Both the position numbers and the translations under genes were made by a program. Below are positions 7,547 to 16,955 of a stretch of 26,805 bases of DNA, one piece after another. Source of the DNA: Pseudomonadota bacterium (GTDB lineage Bacteria > Bdellovibrionota > Bdellovibrionia > Bdellovibrionales > SG-bin7); the NCBI GenBank assembly GCA_034439715.1, contig JAWXAY010000086.1, positions 1 to 26,805 of the forward strand, written 5' to 3'. The notes under the pieces were generated by a model. That model made no database searches. It saw only the letters and a list, made by a program, of their open reading frames with translations, and was not told the DNA's origin. Within the stretch, counting starts at the first letter, position 1, and each line of letters opens with the position of its first letter.

Positions 7547-9727
7547 TTAGGCTGCTTCGTGGGATTTTTTTATTTCAGTTAAAACTTGAACGAGTGAGAC
7601 GACTTCAAGTCGGAGGCGTTTAGAAATTTGCGCACATGTCTCGAAGTCCTGCTTTTTAGCGGAACGCTCGATTTCAAGCGCCATGCGAATAACAGAAGTC
7701 GCAATAAACGTCGAAGCGCGTTGCTTGATTATCTGAGCTGTTTGTTCCACTAGATCACTCTCTTTATCCAAAATATGCCCATCAAGTTTATCAAGCGTTG
7801 TATCTGACTCTTGGTTGAATGTATCGATTGAGCTATACAGGAGCTCTTTATCGCCACCGACAATTCGAAGCATTTGCACAAAATCTATGGTGAGATCGGT
7901 GCCCATTATGGGGGTGATAGCTTCATGATTCGTTACAAGTTCAGGACTACGACTTCTTTTGGGACAAGATTTGAGAGTTTTTACAAGGTCAGCAAGTCGA
8001 ATAGGTTTGCTTAGAAAATCATCCGTACCAGCGTCGTAGCATCGCCGTCGGTCTTCTTCCATTACATTTGCGGTCATTGCAATAATTCGCGGGCGATTTT
8101 GTTTTGTCCAAGTGTCACAAATAATTCTTGTGGCCTCTAAGCCAGAAAGTTCCGGCATTTGCATGTCCATGAGTACGACATCATATAATTTCTTTTTTAA
8201 AGCCTCGATAGCTTCGTATCCATTAGACGCCAAATCTGCTCGATAACCTAATTTTTTTAACAACCGCAGCATAAGGTGTTGATTGACACTGCTGTCTTCG
8301 GCAATCAGTATTTCCAATGGATTTTCTTCTTCCACTTTTGAGTAATCGTTATATAGAGGGGCTGACTGAATAAATGGGGCTGCAATCATGGCTGATTTGC
8401 TAGCAATCGTAAAGAAAAAAGTAGAACCATGGCCAAAACGACTTACAACCCAAATTTGTCCGCCCATCATTTCACTGAGTCGCTTGCTGATGGCAAGTCC
8501 CAGGCCTGAGCCGCCAAATTTTCGAGCCGTAGAGGCATCAATTTGGCTAAATGACTTAAACAATCGTTCAACGCGATTTTCTGGAATGCCAATACCTGAG
8601 TCTTCAATGGCAAACTGAATTATTGATTTTTCTCCCTGGTCTTGACCCTTTGAAACTACAACTCTGACAAAACCTTTATCCGTAAATTTAATAGAGTTAT
8701 TTATGAGATTTACCAAGATCTGTCGAAGGCGGGTAGCATCCCCATAAATTCCAAATGGTAAATTGTGGGAGAGCGAGTAACTTAATTTTAAGCCTCTCTC
8801 TTTGGCCTTAGGCTCTGAAATTATAAATGCAGACTCGAGGCATTGAGCCAGCTCAAAAGGTTGTTCCTCAAGATCTAGTTTGCCATTCTCAATTTTTGAA
8901 AAGTCCAGAATATCATTAATTGATGACAGCAGTCCTTCGGCCGAATCTCTGATAGACTCTGCCAATTTGTCGGAATCCTCATCAAGGTTATTGTCTAACA
9001 ATAATCCCGTCATGCCAATGATAACATTCATCGGGCTTCTGAGCTCGTGACTCATGTTTCCTAAAAACTGAGATTTTACTCTAGAGGCTTCAATTGCTTT
9101 TTCACGTGCAGTTTCGAGTTCAATTTTTTGTTGATTAATAAAAGCCGCCGTGCGTATTCGCGCAAGAATATCGAAGTTGATAATTCGGCCTAAAACTAAC
9201 ATGAGGAAGTAGAATATGAGAGTAAGTCCAAGGTTTGTAAAATACATTGGGCCTGCATTAAGCGCTAGTGCAACAAGCGGAGCTAATGTCATGAAGGTTA
9301 GGTTGAGGGCAAAGAATTTGTAAGTAGAAGTAAAGGTAACACAGGATTCTAGAGCTAAAAACAAGGTAGCCAGCAATGCAATGGCTCCGGGTGTACCCAG
9401 TCCATTCTCAGAAAATGTTGAGGACACAAACAATCCCCAAAGCAGGCTATTCAAAAAAACAATGCCGTAAAAAGAGAATCTCCATTTAAAGAAATTCTTT
9501 TGATTCACCCTCATAAAATAATATCCTAAAGAATATCTGGCAGTCGCCAAGAATAAGAGAGTCGCACCCCATATAAGGTGCTGATTGCTGAAGGTTCCAA
9601 ACGAAAGCGTTGCTAGGTTCAATGCCAAGAAAGCGAGAAAGAAATTAAAAGAGCCAATGCGTGAACGCCTTTGTAGTTCGCGATGAACCTGAATTTTCCA
9701 ATCAAGGTTGGCTTTGTTAAAAAACAT
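7547..9727 (-). CDS. Membrane hybrid sensor histidine kinase (TM-HisKA-HATPase-REC-degenerate Hpt)
   Basis: About 6 N-terminal TM segments, [10 protein letters not shown]-box, [25 protein letters not shown] motifs (AEDS, LMDMQMP, KP) and a helical Hpt-like tail. Confidence 0.93.
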   Translation of the reverse strand: MFFNKANLDWKIQVHRELQRRSRIGSFNFFLAFLALNLATLSFGTFSNQHLIWGATLLFLATARYSLGYYFMRVNQKNFFKWRFSFYGIVFLNSLLWGLFVSSTFSENGLGTPGAIALLATLFLALESCVTFTSTYKFFALNLTFMTLAPLVALALNAGPMYFTNLGLTLIFYFLMLVLGRIINFDILARIRTAAFINQQKIELETAREKAIEASRVKSQFLGNMSHELRSPMNVIIGMTGLLLDNNLDEDSDKLAESIRDSAEGLLSSINDILDFSKIENGKLDLEEQPFELAQCLESAFIISEPKAKERGLKLSYSLSHNLPFGIYGDATRLRQILVNLINNSIKFTDKGFVRVVVSKGQDQGEKSIIQFAIEDSGIGIPENRVERLFKSFSQIDASTARKFGGSGLGLAISKRLSEMMGGQIWVVSRFGHGSTFFFTIASKSAMIAAPFIQSAPLYNDYSKVEEENPLEILIAEDSSVNQHLMLRLLKKLGYRADLASNGYEAIEALKKKLYDVVLMDMQMPELSGLEATRIICDTWTKQNRPRIIAMTANVMEEDRRRCYDAGTDDFLSKPIRLADLVKTLKSCPKRSRSPELVTNHEAITPIMGTDLTIDFVQMLRIVGGDKELLYSSIDTFNQESDTTLDKLDGHILDKESDLVEQTAQIIKQRASTFIATSVIRMALEIERSAKKQDFETCAQISKRLRLEVVSLVQVLTEIKKSHEAA

Positions 9728-9816
9728 CAAGTAACTGATCGGTAATTGCGGCCATATCGTGAGATAAATTAGACAAGGAAATTATATACTTAATTTAACT
9801 GGACTAGAAAATAGGT

Positions 9817-9840
9817 GAGGGCGGGTTTTCCCCCGCCCTC
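9817..9840 (-). terminator. Hairpin, probable terminator after the DUF4360-like gene
   Basis: GAGGGCGGG-TTTTCC-CCCGCCCTC, a 9-bp GC stem 20 nt past the stop at 9860. The U tract is weak. Confidence 0.6.
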
Positions 9841-9859
9841 GGCAATGATATTTGCGAAA

Positions 9860-10462
9860 CTACTGGCAACGTCTCCATTGAATGCTGAATACCAGTCCTG
9901 ACTTTACGTCGATTGTATCAACAGTGGCCATTGCGGTGTCCATGTTTCGATTAGTGCGAGCAAGAACACTCGAGTTAATTCTCAGGTTTGTGTCTGCTCC
10001 GCACGCAGACCAGACTATGGCATGGGCCTCGAGGTCATGAGTTAAGATGTAGTCGCCATCTTCTCCGCCTCTAAAAGACCTACCAAGGATAGGACCTTGA
10101 GCTCCAGCAAAAAAGTACTCAACTCTAAATTGGCCTTGTCCTCCGAAAGGAATGCTGCGAAAGCCCCTGTAGTCTACTTGAAATACCGAAATACTGTAGC
10201 CCTGCGGAATATGTACAGGCACGGCTACGTTACAAGACTTTCTGTCCAGAGACTTGCCAGTGCCGCCTCCAGCTTCGGCAACGTATTGGTCAAAGAGGAC
10301 ACTGAGACTTTTTTGGTCGGGACTGAGTGTTGTCGACACAGTTCCGCCGGGACAGCCACTTCCGCCATAGTCAGGATGCCCAATAGAAATATCATCAGCC
10401 ATAGCATTTAAGGACATGCTCACCAACATTGCTGATGTTAGTTTTAAAATATTAACTTTCAT
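9860..10462 (-). CDS. Secreted DUF4360-like protein
   Basis: Start moved to ATG 10462 (GGGGG SD, signal peptide). YGGSGCPGG, LSPD...LFDQY, RKSCN...PQGYS...DYRG, WSACG and terminal WRRC motifs. Confidence 0.85.
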   Translation of the reverse strand: MKVNILKLTSAMLVSMSLNAMADDISIGHPDYGGSGCPGGTVSTTLSPDQKSLSVLFDQYVAEAGGGTGKSLDRKSCNVAVPVHIPQGYSISVFQVDYRGFRSIPFGGQGQFRVEYFFAGAQGPILGRSFRGGEDGDYILTHDLEAHAIVWSACGADTNLRINSSVLARTNRNMDTAMATVDTIDVKSGLVFSIQWRRCQ

Positions 10463-10524
10463 CTTTCCCCCTTTTGTTTTTTTATGGGTCTCACTAATGT
10501 GACCCCCTCTGGTCATAGTTGAAT

Positions 10525-10540
10525 TGCAAAGCGAGGGCCA
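10525..10540 (-). promoter_or_regulatory. Sigma54 (-24/-12) promoter
   Basis: Minus strand TGGCCCTCGCTTTGCA gives GG-N10-GC, about 60 nt upstream of the DUF4360-like start. Confidence 0.6.
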
Positions 10541-10616
10541 AAGGTTTTAGGATTAATTTGTCACCGCCCGTGACATCAGGTTTGTATCTTTAGTAACAAA
10601 ACAGTTGTTAAAAAGC

Positions 10617-10655
10617 AAAAGGCCCTAGTTAATAATCATTTAACTAGGGCCTTTT
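10617..10655. terminator. Rho-independent terminator (bidirectional form)
   Basis: Perfect 16-bp inverted repeat AAAAGGCCCTAGTTAA / TTAACTAGGGCCTTTT just past the stop at 10677. Confidence 0.88.
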
Positions 10656-10676
10656 TGTAACTCTATTAGAAAATAT

Positions 10677-10988
10677 TTACTGTGATATTAGCTGAGGTAA
10701 GATTTGAATCTCGAAAACGTTTTTCAGTGTTTCTAGTTTTTGCTGTTCGCTCATCTGGTTCAGCCACAAAGAAAAAGCATTGGCGGCCGTACCCGTGCCT
10801 GCTAGTTTTTTTCTTTCAGTTTCACTCAGTACTATATCCATTCCGCCGCCCCCCAAGGAACCGCCATTTAATGTTGTCCCTCCGCCGAGCGTTCCGCCGC
10901 CCCCCAAATCGCCAGCATACGCGCCAGAAAAACAAAGTGCTGAAAGTACAGTGACTATTGTTAGTCTTAAAAAATTAATTATGTTCAT
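10677..10988 (-). CDS. Small secreted glycine-rich protein
   Basis: ATG 10988 with GGGAG SD; signal peptide ending AYA; mature start GDLGGGGTLGGGTTLNGGSLGGGGMD; overlaps the upstream gene by 14 nt. Confidence 0.75.
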   Translation of the reverse strand: MNIINFLRLTIVTVLSALCFSGAYAGDLGGGGTLGGGTTLNGGSLGGGGMDIVLSETERKKLAGTGTAANAFSLWLNQMSEQQKLETLKNVFEIQILPQLISQ

Positions 10989-11529
10989 TTTTTTCTCCCT
11001 GCTGGGTGGGCGGATCGATGATATCAACACCCGAAAGTGTGAAGGCATAGACTGTGTCGGCCGAACAGTTAGCGGACTCCATTAAGAAATCCTTCATTAG
11101 TGACTCCATTTTTAAAAAGTATTTTTTTGCGAGGTCTTGATTGGTGGCCACAAATCCCGTGCGGTAAAAGCAGCCAATTTTGGGATTGAGTGGATTCAAC
11201 CGGCCCATAATTTGCGTGCTGATAAGTACGTGGTCAGAAAGTACAGATTTTGGGTCAAGATCGCGGTCAGAAAAGTAAACATACTTTAAAAGTTTTTTAT
11301 AACCTGTTTTGGTGCGTCCAATAATTCCGAGGCGTTCGAGACCATCTAGGGCTTCGATAACTTCAGAAAATCTAATATTTAGTCGTTCAGCGATCCATCT
11401 AGGGGCGGCATTAAAATCCTTGGTATCAATGAGTGAGGCGACGGATCGCCAAATCCAATTCCCGATGTATTCTAATTGTAGCTCTTTATTATTGGGAAGT
11501 GTAATGACGGTGTTGGTGGCTAAATTCAT
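10975..11529 (-). CDS. DUF4423/TIGR02147 C-terminal-like winged-helix protein
   Basis: ATG 11529 in an ATGA overlap with the upstream stop. W..RSVASLIDTKDF...PRWIAERLNI...EVIEALDGLERLGII pattern and terminal VYAFTL. Confidence 0.7.
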   Translation of the reverse strand: MNLATNTVITLPNNKELQLEYIGNWIWRSVASLIDTKDFNAAPRWIAERLNIRFSEVIEALDGLERLGIIGRTKTGYKKLLKYVYFSDRDLDPKSVLSDHVLISTQIMGRLNPLNPKIGCFYRTGFVATNQDLAKKYFLKMESLMKDFLMESANCSADTVYAFTLSGVDIIDPPTQQGEKNEHN

Positions 11530-11957
11530 ATTTGGTTCTCCTCTAGCTGGATTTGGTTTTGTCTTATATAGTCTTTGATTCTTTGGCTGGCAGTGACAAT
11601 GTCTTCTTGATGAGATGTTTGCCCCCACCAGGTAATCTGCTCTAAAAGTGCTCGGCGTACGGTGTCTTTAAGATTTTTCAATACTAAATTTACATCTGAA
11701 AATAAAGGCTCTGATTTCTCAGTTTGTAGGGAATTAATGTTTAGTCCCAGTAGGTTCTTATCAAGATTTCCCACGACATCAACACCAAGCAGTTCTAGCA
11801 TCTTTACAAAATCACCCGAGCGAATTTCGGTCTTGCCGTTTAGAAAGCGGTGCACAGTTATACGCGAAATTTTACAGTAGTTCGCCAGTTCCTTTTGACT
11901 CACGCCCTTAGATTTCGCTAAAAGCGCCACTTTTTTATGTAAGTCTATTTCTGTCAT
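11526..11957 (-). CDS. XRE/Cro-type HTH transcriptional regulator
   Basis: ATG 11957 with GGGGAGGA SD; KGVSQKELANYCKISRITVHRFLNGK HTH. Confidence 0.85.
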   Translation of the reverse strand: MTEIDLHKKVALLAKSKGVSQKELANYCKISRITVHRFLNGKTEIRSGDFVKMLELLGVDVVGNLDKNLLGLNINSLQTEKSEPLFSDVNLVLKNLKDTVRRALLEQITWWGQTSHQEDIVTASQRIKDYIRQNQIQLEENQI

Positions 11958-12042
11958 GCGGTCCTCCCCTTTGACCAAATTATTGGGGGATAGAGCCAAT
12001 TGTTCACCAATCAAAGCCCCTCCACCCTGATTTAACAAAAAT

Positions 12043-12058
12043 TGCAATCGGCGTACCA
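12043..12058 (-). promoter_or_regulatory. Sigma54 (-24/-12) promoter
   Basis: Minus strand TGGTACGCCGATTGCA, one mismatch to TGGCACG-N4-TTGCW, about 85 nt upstream of the XRE start. Confidence 0.75.
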
Positions 12059-12321
12059 AGTAGGAATTAATGCAAACTAGCGCCAGAAGTAACTGGGTGA
12101 GATTGAGAGATATCGGGTGGGGTCAACTTGAACCTCGACTTGTCGACTAACTCCAACTGCCCCGCCAAGGCCGAATCGGGGGCTGATATCTTTATGCACA
12201 CTTATTGGTGGCAAAAATTTCCGACAACTCCTGCGCCAGTAACTTTTATACCAATGCCTAAACTACTTGCGGAAGATTTGTTAACAATGTTAGTGGTAGC
12301 AAAACTGGGATGGAATTTCAT

Positions 12322-13617
12322 ATGATTAGTATAATTTTTACCTTTTTATTCTCGTCGCAATTATTTGCCTATGTCGGCAGTAGTTCCTCTGAAGCTCTCC
12401 TTCGCTTTAACGCCTACATCGAAACCACTAAAGACAATAATGTTAAGGAATTGATCGAAGCCCACGTAGAACACCTGTTTGGTCCCATGGGACTTGCCAA
12501 ATATAAAGCGGCGCCAAAAGGGGAGCACTCGATTTCGAAAATTCAAAAAACTTCAATGGGAGACGGCAAATATCGAATAACCTATGCGTATTCAGGTGTC
12601 ATAGTTCTTGAGCGTGGACCGCGCACACATTATGAAGTTTTACTTCCTATAAATCTTGAGACTATATATGAAGCCGGATTAATTAAAAAACGTAATCCCT
12701 GCACTGATGAACATTATCAAGAAAAAGGGGATTTTTGGTACTTTTGGAGTCCCAGTAGAAAGGGATGTAAGCTCATTGAAGGTACAGATTACCAACGAAT
12801 TGATGCAGAAATTGAAACGCTACCCAATTCAGAGTCCACTCGGCCTGAGTATGAATTGCTGGCTGACAAAAATGGCGTGATTCACATAAGCATACTTATG
12901 GGAATGGATGAGCCCAAACTTTCTTGGGATCCCAATGAGTCAAAGGACATAAACGCTAAAAATTATAGAAAAATAAAAAAATCCCTGATTGAAGATTTCG
13001 AATTTGTTCAATTGAAATCCTGGTCCAAAGAACAAATTGAGCAGGTTTCTCCGCTCGGTTCCAAAACTCCTTTTGTTGAGGAATATGAAAAATACTATAA
13101 GCGTTCCAGTGGCCAGAACACTAAAGTAGTTGTACGCATTTTCTTTGGTGCCACAGGAATTGACGAAAAAAGTACGCCTTTTCATTATTTTCTAAAAGAC
13201 GCTATCAACAATTCAGCACTTATGATTTATGACGGTCACTCCGGTCTGGGCAGCAATTTGCATTTGCTCGATATTGAAAAAAAACACAGATTTAGATTTC
13301 AACCGCCGAAAAAACGTTATCAGATTTTCTTTTTTAATAGCTGTAGTTCATACACCTATTACAATGCCATGTTTTTCGGTCGTAAAAGAGCGCAAGGCGA
13401 TCCTAACGGTACAAAATACTTGGACCTACTGACGACGGGGCTTGAAACACCTTTTGATGGGAGTGCTGCTGCCATTCTTGAATTGATTAACTCGGTCCAC
13501 CAATGGTCATTTCGCAGTACCAAGACAGGCTACCAGGAACTGGCGCGAAGGTTATCAATGGAAAATCTCATAGGTGTTAATGGCGACGAGGATAATCCCA
13601 GTTTTGTTGAACGATAA
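12322..13617 (+). CDS. Secreted hypothetical protein with a putative caspase/gingipain-fold (clan CD) C-terminal domain
   Basis: Signal peptide MISIIFTFLFSSQLFA; LMIYDGHSG and YQIFFFNSC motifs (hydrophobic strand then His; hydrophobic strand then Cys). Alternative start at 12310. Confidence 0.7.
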   Translation: MISIIFTFLFSSQLFAYVGSSSSEALLRFNAYIETTKDNNVKELIEAHVEHLFGPMGLAKYKAAPKGEHSISKIQKTSMGDGKYRITYAYSGVIVLERGPRTHYEVLLPINLETIYEAGLIKKRNPCTDEHYQEKGDFWYFWSPSRKGCKLIEGTDYQRIDAEIETLPNSESTRPEYELLADKNGVIHISILMGMDEPKLSWDPNESKDINAKNYRKIKKSLIEDFEFVQLKSWSKEQIEQVSPLGSKTPFVEEYEKYYKRSSGQNTKVVVRIFFGATGIDEKSTPFHYFLKDAINNSALMIYDGHSGLGSNLHLLDIEKKHRFRFQPPKKRYQIFFFNSCSSYTYYNAMFFGRKRAQGDPNGTKYLDLLTTGLETPFDGSAAAILELINSVHQWSFRSTKTGYQELARRLSMENLIGVNGDEDNPSFVER

Positions 13618-13634
13618 AAACAAAGTTAATTTAC

Positions 13635-15002
13635 CTATCCGTGCCACGCTTTAGGTTGCAAAAAGGTTTGGATTCCAAGCTTACCTAAGGTGGACCCCAT
13701 GCCTGAATGCCTGCGACCGGTCCAGGGCAAATAAGGCATCACCCGGTCACAACAGTTCCAATAAACAGAACCCGAGTGCATTTCTTTGAGAATTTTATCA
13801 GCGCGTTTTTTATTTTTTGTATACACACTCGCGGTGAGGCCGAATTCAGTGTCGTTCATGAGCCCTGTGGCTTCATCATCATTTTTTACTTTCATAATTC
13901 CAATGATGGGTCCAAAGCTTTCTTCGCGCATGATTTTCATTTGATTGGTTACGTTTAGAAGCACCGTGGGTTGAAAGTAATTGCCAACACCCGCTATGCG
14001 CTGTCCGCCGCACGCTACAGTTGCTCCTTTATCAAGAGCGTCTTTAATGTGGTCCTCTAACACTTGAATCTGCTGCTTGCGAGTCAAAGGCCCGATATAG
14101 GTGTCATCATTTAGAGGATCACCTGATTTAAAGGATTTAACGGTTTGCAGAAATTCATTGACGAATTTGTCATAGACTTTTTGGTGCACGTAAATGCGTT
14201 CAACCGAACAGCAACTTTGGCCCGTGTTGTAAAAAGCGCCATCGGCCGTTGCAGCAGCCACGACTCGGACGTCAATGTCATCACAGACATAAACGGGGTC
14301 TTTACCCCCAAGCTCAAGCTGCACCTTCATAAGTTTTTTTGAGGCTGCCTGGGCTATGTTCAGGCCAGTCGGATAACTACCAGTAAAAAAAATACCGTTG
14401 AGCGGCAGATTGAGTAAATCAGAACCAACCTCTTTACCCCCAATAACGGGCACAAAAACATCACTGGATATTCCTGATTCTAGCATGAGTTTTGCGATTT
14501 CAAGTCCAGTGAGAGTCGAAAATTCACTGGGTTTGTAAAGCACGGCATTGCCTGTGAGGAGAGCCGGAATAAAAACATTTGAACCCACAAAGTAGGGAAA
14601 GTTCCACGCCGAAATATTGCCAATAACCCCTAGGGGTTCCCACGATAGTCGTTCGTTTTTACTGTATTTCGTTTCTTTGAGACACTCCTTTGTGTTCTTT
14701 AAAAAAAAATCAATTCTAGCGACCGTGCCACTTATTTCACCTCTTGATTGATTCAGCGGCTTGCCGACCTCAAGAGTTAAAGTTTTGGCTAGCTGTTCAC
14801 GATTTTTTATTAAAAGTTTTTTAAATTTCTCAATGCACTTTTTTCTTTTATCAAATGAGGTGGTTGCCCATTTTTTTTGAGAATTGTGGGCGCCTTCGAA
14901 TTTTCTTTGGAGCGAGACCGTCGTGTCTTGATTAACCTCGCGAATGAGTTCGTTGGTCGCGGGGTTAAATATTTTTAGCTTACTTTCGCCTTCGGACTTC
15001 AT
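13635..15002 (-). CDS. NAD(P)-dependent aldehyde dehydrogenase
   Basis: AWNFP, KPSE, FTGS, LELGGKDP, GQSCC and EESFGP motifs; AAGGAG SD. Confidence 0.95.
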   Translation of the reverse strand: MKSEGESKLKIFNPATNELIREVNQDTTVSLQRKFEGAHNSQKKWATTSFDKRKKCIEKFKKLLIKNREQLAKTLTLEVGKPLNQSRGEISGTVARIDFFLKNTKECLKETKYSKNERLSWEPLGVIGNISAWNFPYFVGSNVFIPALLTGNAVLYKPSEFSTLTGLEIAKLMLESGISSDVFVPVIGGKEVGSDLLNLPLNGIFFTGSYPTGLNIAQAASKKLMKVQLELGGKDPVYVCDDIDVRVVAAATADGAFYNTGQSCCSVERIYVHQKVYDKFVNEFLQTVKSFKSGDPLNDDTYIGPLTRKQQIQVLEDHIKDALDKGATVACGGQRIAGVGNYFQPTVLLNVTNQMKIMREESFGPIIGIMKVKNDDEATGLMNDTEFGLTASVYTKNKKRADKILKEMHSGSVYWNCCDRVMPYLPWTGRRHSGMGSTLGKLGIQTFLQPKAWHG

Positions 15003-15756
15003 GTAAAAACTCCTTTAATATCGGTGTTGCGTTTAACAGTGTTTTGTCTTTTTGGTTATGGAACTCGGGGTGCCACTGGACCGCAAAAACGTAAGGATTT
15101 TTTTTTATACTAGAACCATAGGGTAAATAGCGGATAGCTTCTATAATATTATCGGCGTGGGATCTTGCTTCAACCACCAAGTTTTTGCCGAGATCTTTAA
15201 TGCCCTGGTGATGTATGGAATTTACCTTTACCCGTTTTTTTCGAGGAAAAAGACGACTAAGGTGTGTGTTGTCCAAAATGTCCACCTCGTGAAAGTTTTG
15301 ATCATATATTTCCCACTTGCGGTGAACCAGAGTGTTGGGGACTTGGGAGTTGATATCTTGAAAGAGACTGCCTTTAAAAAACACGTTTATGATTTGAAGG
15401 CCCCGACATATCCCTAAGACAGGCTTATCTTGTTTGAGACATTCTTTTAGCAGTGTTAATTCATAGTGGTCTCGAATTTTATCGCCGCTCCATTCGGGAT
15501 TTAGGGGGTCTTCACCGTAAGAATGGGGAGATACATCAGAACCAGCCTGAAGCAACAGTCCGTCGATTTTTTTTACCAACTCTTTGGCGGGAAATATTTT
15601 TGTAGGCTGGGGCAACAAAAAGGGCAGGGCCTTTTGATTCATCACCCATTGAGCCATTTGTTCCTCAATATAGAGCAGCGTTTTGCCCTTAAAAATGGGA
15701 CGCTGAGGATCTGCATGAAAAAAACAAGAAGCAAATCCTATTGTAGGATTTTTCAT
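14980..15756 (-). CDS. Gamma-glutamyl-gamma-aminobutyrate hydrolase family (PuuD-like, peptidase C26)
   Basis: DGLLLQAGSDV, LGICRGLQ (Cys), VNSIHHQG and VQWHPE (His-Glu). Confidence 0.9.
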   Translation of the reverse strand: MKNPTIGFASCFFHADPQRPIFKGKTLLYIEEQMAQWVMNQKALPFLLPQPTKIFPAKELVKKIDGLLLQAGSDVSPHSYGEDPLNPEWSGDKIRDHYELTLLKECLKQDKPVLGICRGLQIINVFFKGSLFQDINSQVPNTLVHRKWEIYDQNFHEVDILDNTHLSRLFPRKKRVKVNSIHHQGIKDLGKNLVVEARSHADNIIEAIRYLPYGSSIKKNPYVFAVQWHPEFHNQKDKTLLNATPILKEFLHEVRRRK

Positions 15757-16943
15757 CCAATAGCCTGCTTTAAAATAGTCTCAAAATCTTTTTTGCTGAC
15801 GGGACGCGGGTTCGAGGGGTGACAAACATCGTGAATTGCGATTTCTACAAGTTGTGGAATTTGAGACTTAGCCACGCCGACAGTTTTTAAATGTTTAGGA
15901 ATCCCGATTTTTTTATTAAGGCTTTCAATCCATTTAATAAAGTCGGCGGCACCGGTCTTTTTGATACCCACTGCCTGAGCCATGTTTTTGAATCTGTCGG
16001 CCATGCCTTTTTGGTTAAACTTCATACAATAAGGTAACAGGATGCCATTTGCGAGGCCGTGATGCATGTCCACAACGGTCGATAGTGCATGAGCGCAAGA
16101 GTGAGTTACGCCCAAGCCTTTCTGAAAGGCCGCGGCTCCCATCATGGCGGCATTGAGCATTTGTAATCTAGATTCATAGTGTTCTTTAGATTTTTTATTT
16201 CCCTTTTTTGCAAAGGCCACACATCTGGGTAGGTGAACGCTCACGAGTCGCATGCCCTCCAGCGCAATGCCATCACAAAGTGGCTGTCCACCTTTGGCCA
16301 GATAGGCCTCGATAAGATGAGTCAGCGCATCCATACCGGTAGAAGCCGTAATGTTAGCCGGTAGGTCCATGGTCATTTCAGGATCTAGAAAAACTTTTTT
16401 AGGCATTAGGCTCGGCGCAAAAATGATTTTTTTTCTTTTTGTTTTATCGTCAGAAACAACTGCCGATCTGCCGGCTTCTGAACCTGTACCAGCGGTTGTT
16501 GGAATTGCCACGAGATGGGGGATTTCTTCGGTGATGGGTTTAGCGCCATCGACATCTTCGTAATCAAATAAATCGCCAGGGTTGTTAATGATAACGGCAA
16601 TAGCTTTAGCTACGTCGAGTGCCGCTCCGCCGCCAAAAGCGATAATGCTATCGGCTTGGTGTTGTTGAAACTTAGTTTTACCATTAACGACTTGAGATTT
16701 TACGGGATTACCCGAAAAATCAGTGAAACTACCGGGTGTGAGACCCGCATCCTTTAATAGATTCACCAAGTTTGAAAAAATGGGTAATGTTGAAATTCCC
16801 TTGTCAGTTACAATCAGTGGTCGAGAAAGATGATTTTCTTCGAGGTGCGAGGGCAAAAGTTTTACGGCACCTATTCCAGCCATGATGGTTGTCGGGTAAT
16901 TATATTTTACTACTTGGTTTAATATTTTTTTTGGGGCAGACAT
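15753..16943 (-). CDS. Iron-containing alcohol dehydrogenase
   Basis: GGGAALD, PTTAGTGSE, GMDALTH, HSCAH and HHG motifs; AAGGAG SD. Confidence 0.95.
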   Translation of the reverse strand: MSAPKKILNQVVKYNYPTTIMAGIGAVKLLPSHLEENHLSRPLIVTDKGISTLPIFSNLVNLLKDAGLTPGSFTDFSGNPVKSQVVNGKTKFQQHQADSIIAFGGGAALDVAKAIAVIINNPGDLFDYEDVDGAKPITEEIPHLVAIPTTAGTGSEAGRSAVVSDDKTKRKKIIFAPSLMPKKVFLDPEMTMDLPANITASTGMDALTHLIEAYLAKGGQPLCDGIALEGMRLVSVHLPRCVAFAKKGNKKSKEHYESRLQMLNAAMMGAAAFQKGLGVTHSCAHALSTVVDMHHGLANGILLPYCMKFNQKGMADRFKNMAQAVGIKKTGAADFIKWIESLNKKIGIPKHLKTVGVAKSQIPQLVEIAIHDVCHPSNPRPVSKKDFETILKQAIG

Positions 16944-16955
16944 TGAAGAACTCCT

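Noticed and set aside
9734..9762. Sigma28-like element upstream of the hybrid kinase (TCAC-N15-ACCGATCA)
   Set aside because: Too many mismatches to support.
10677..10988. RiPP/bacteriocin precursor
   Set aside because: It has a Sec-type signal rather than a double-glycine leader, and no modifying enzymes or peptidase-transporter lie nearby.
12071..12085. Third sigma54-like element TGGCGCTAGTTTGCA (minus strand)
   Set aside because: GG-to-GC spacing is 9 nt, not the required 10.
11958..12321. ncRNA or small ORF (12128..12325) in the long intergenic region
   Set aside because: No recognisable RNA family or stable structure. The ORF has a TTG start and no motif. The length fits sigma54 upstream activator space.
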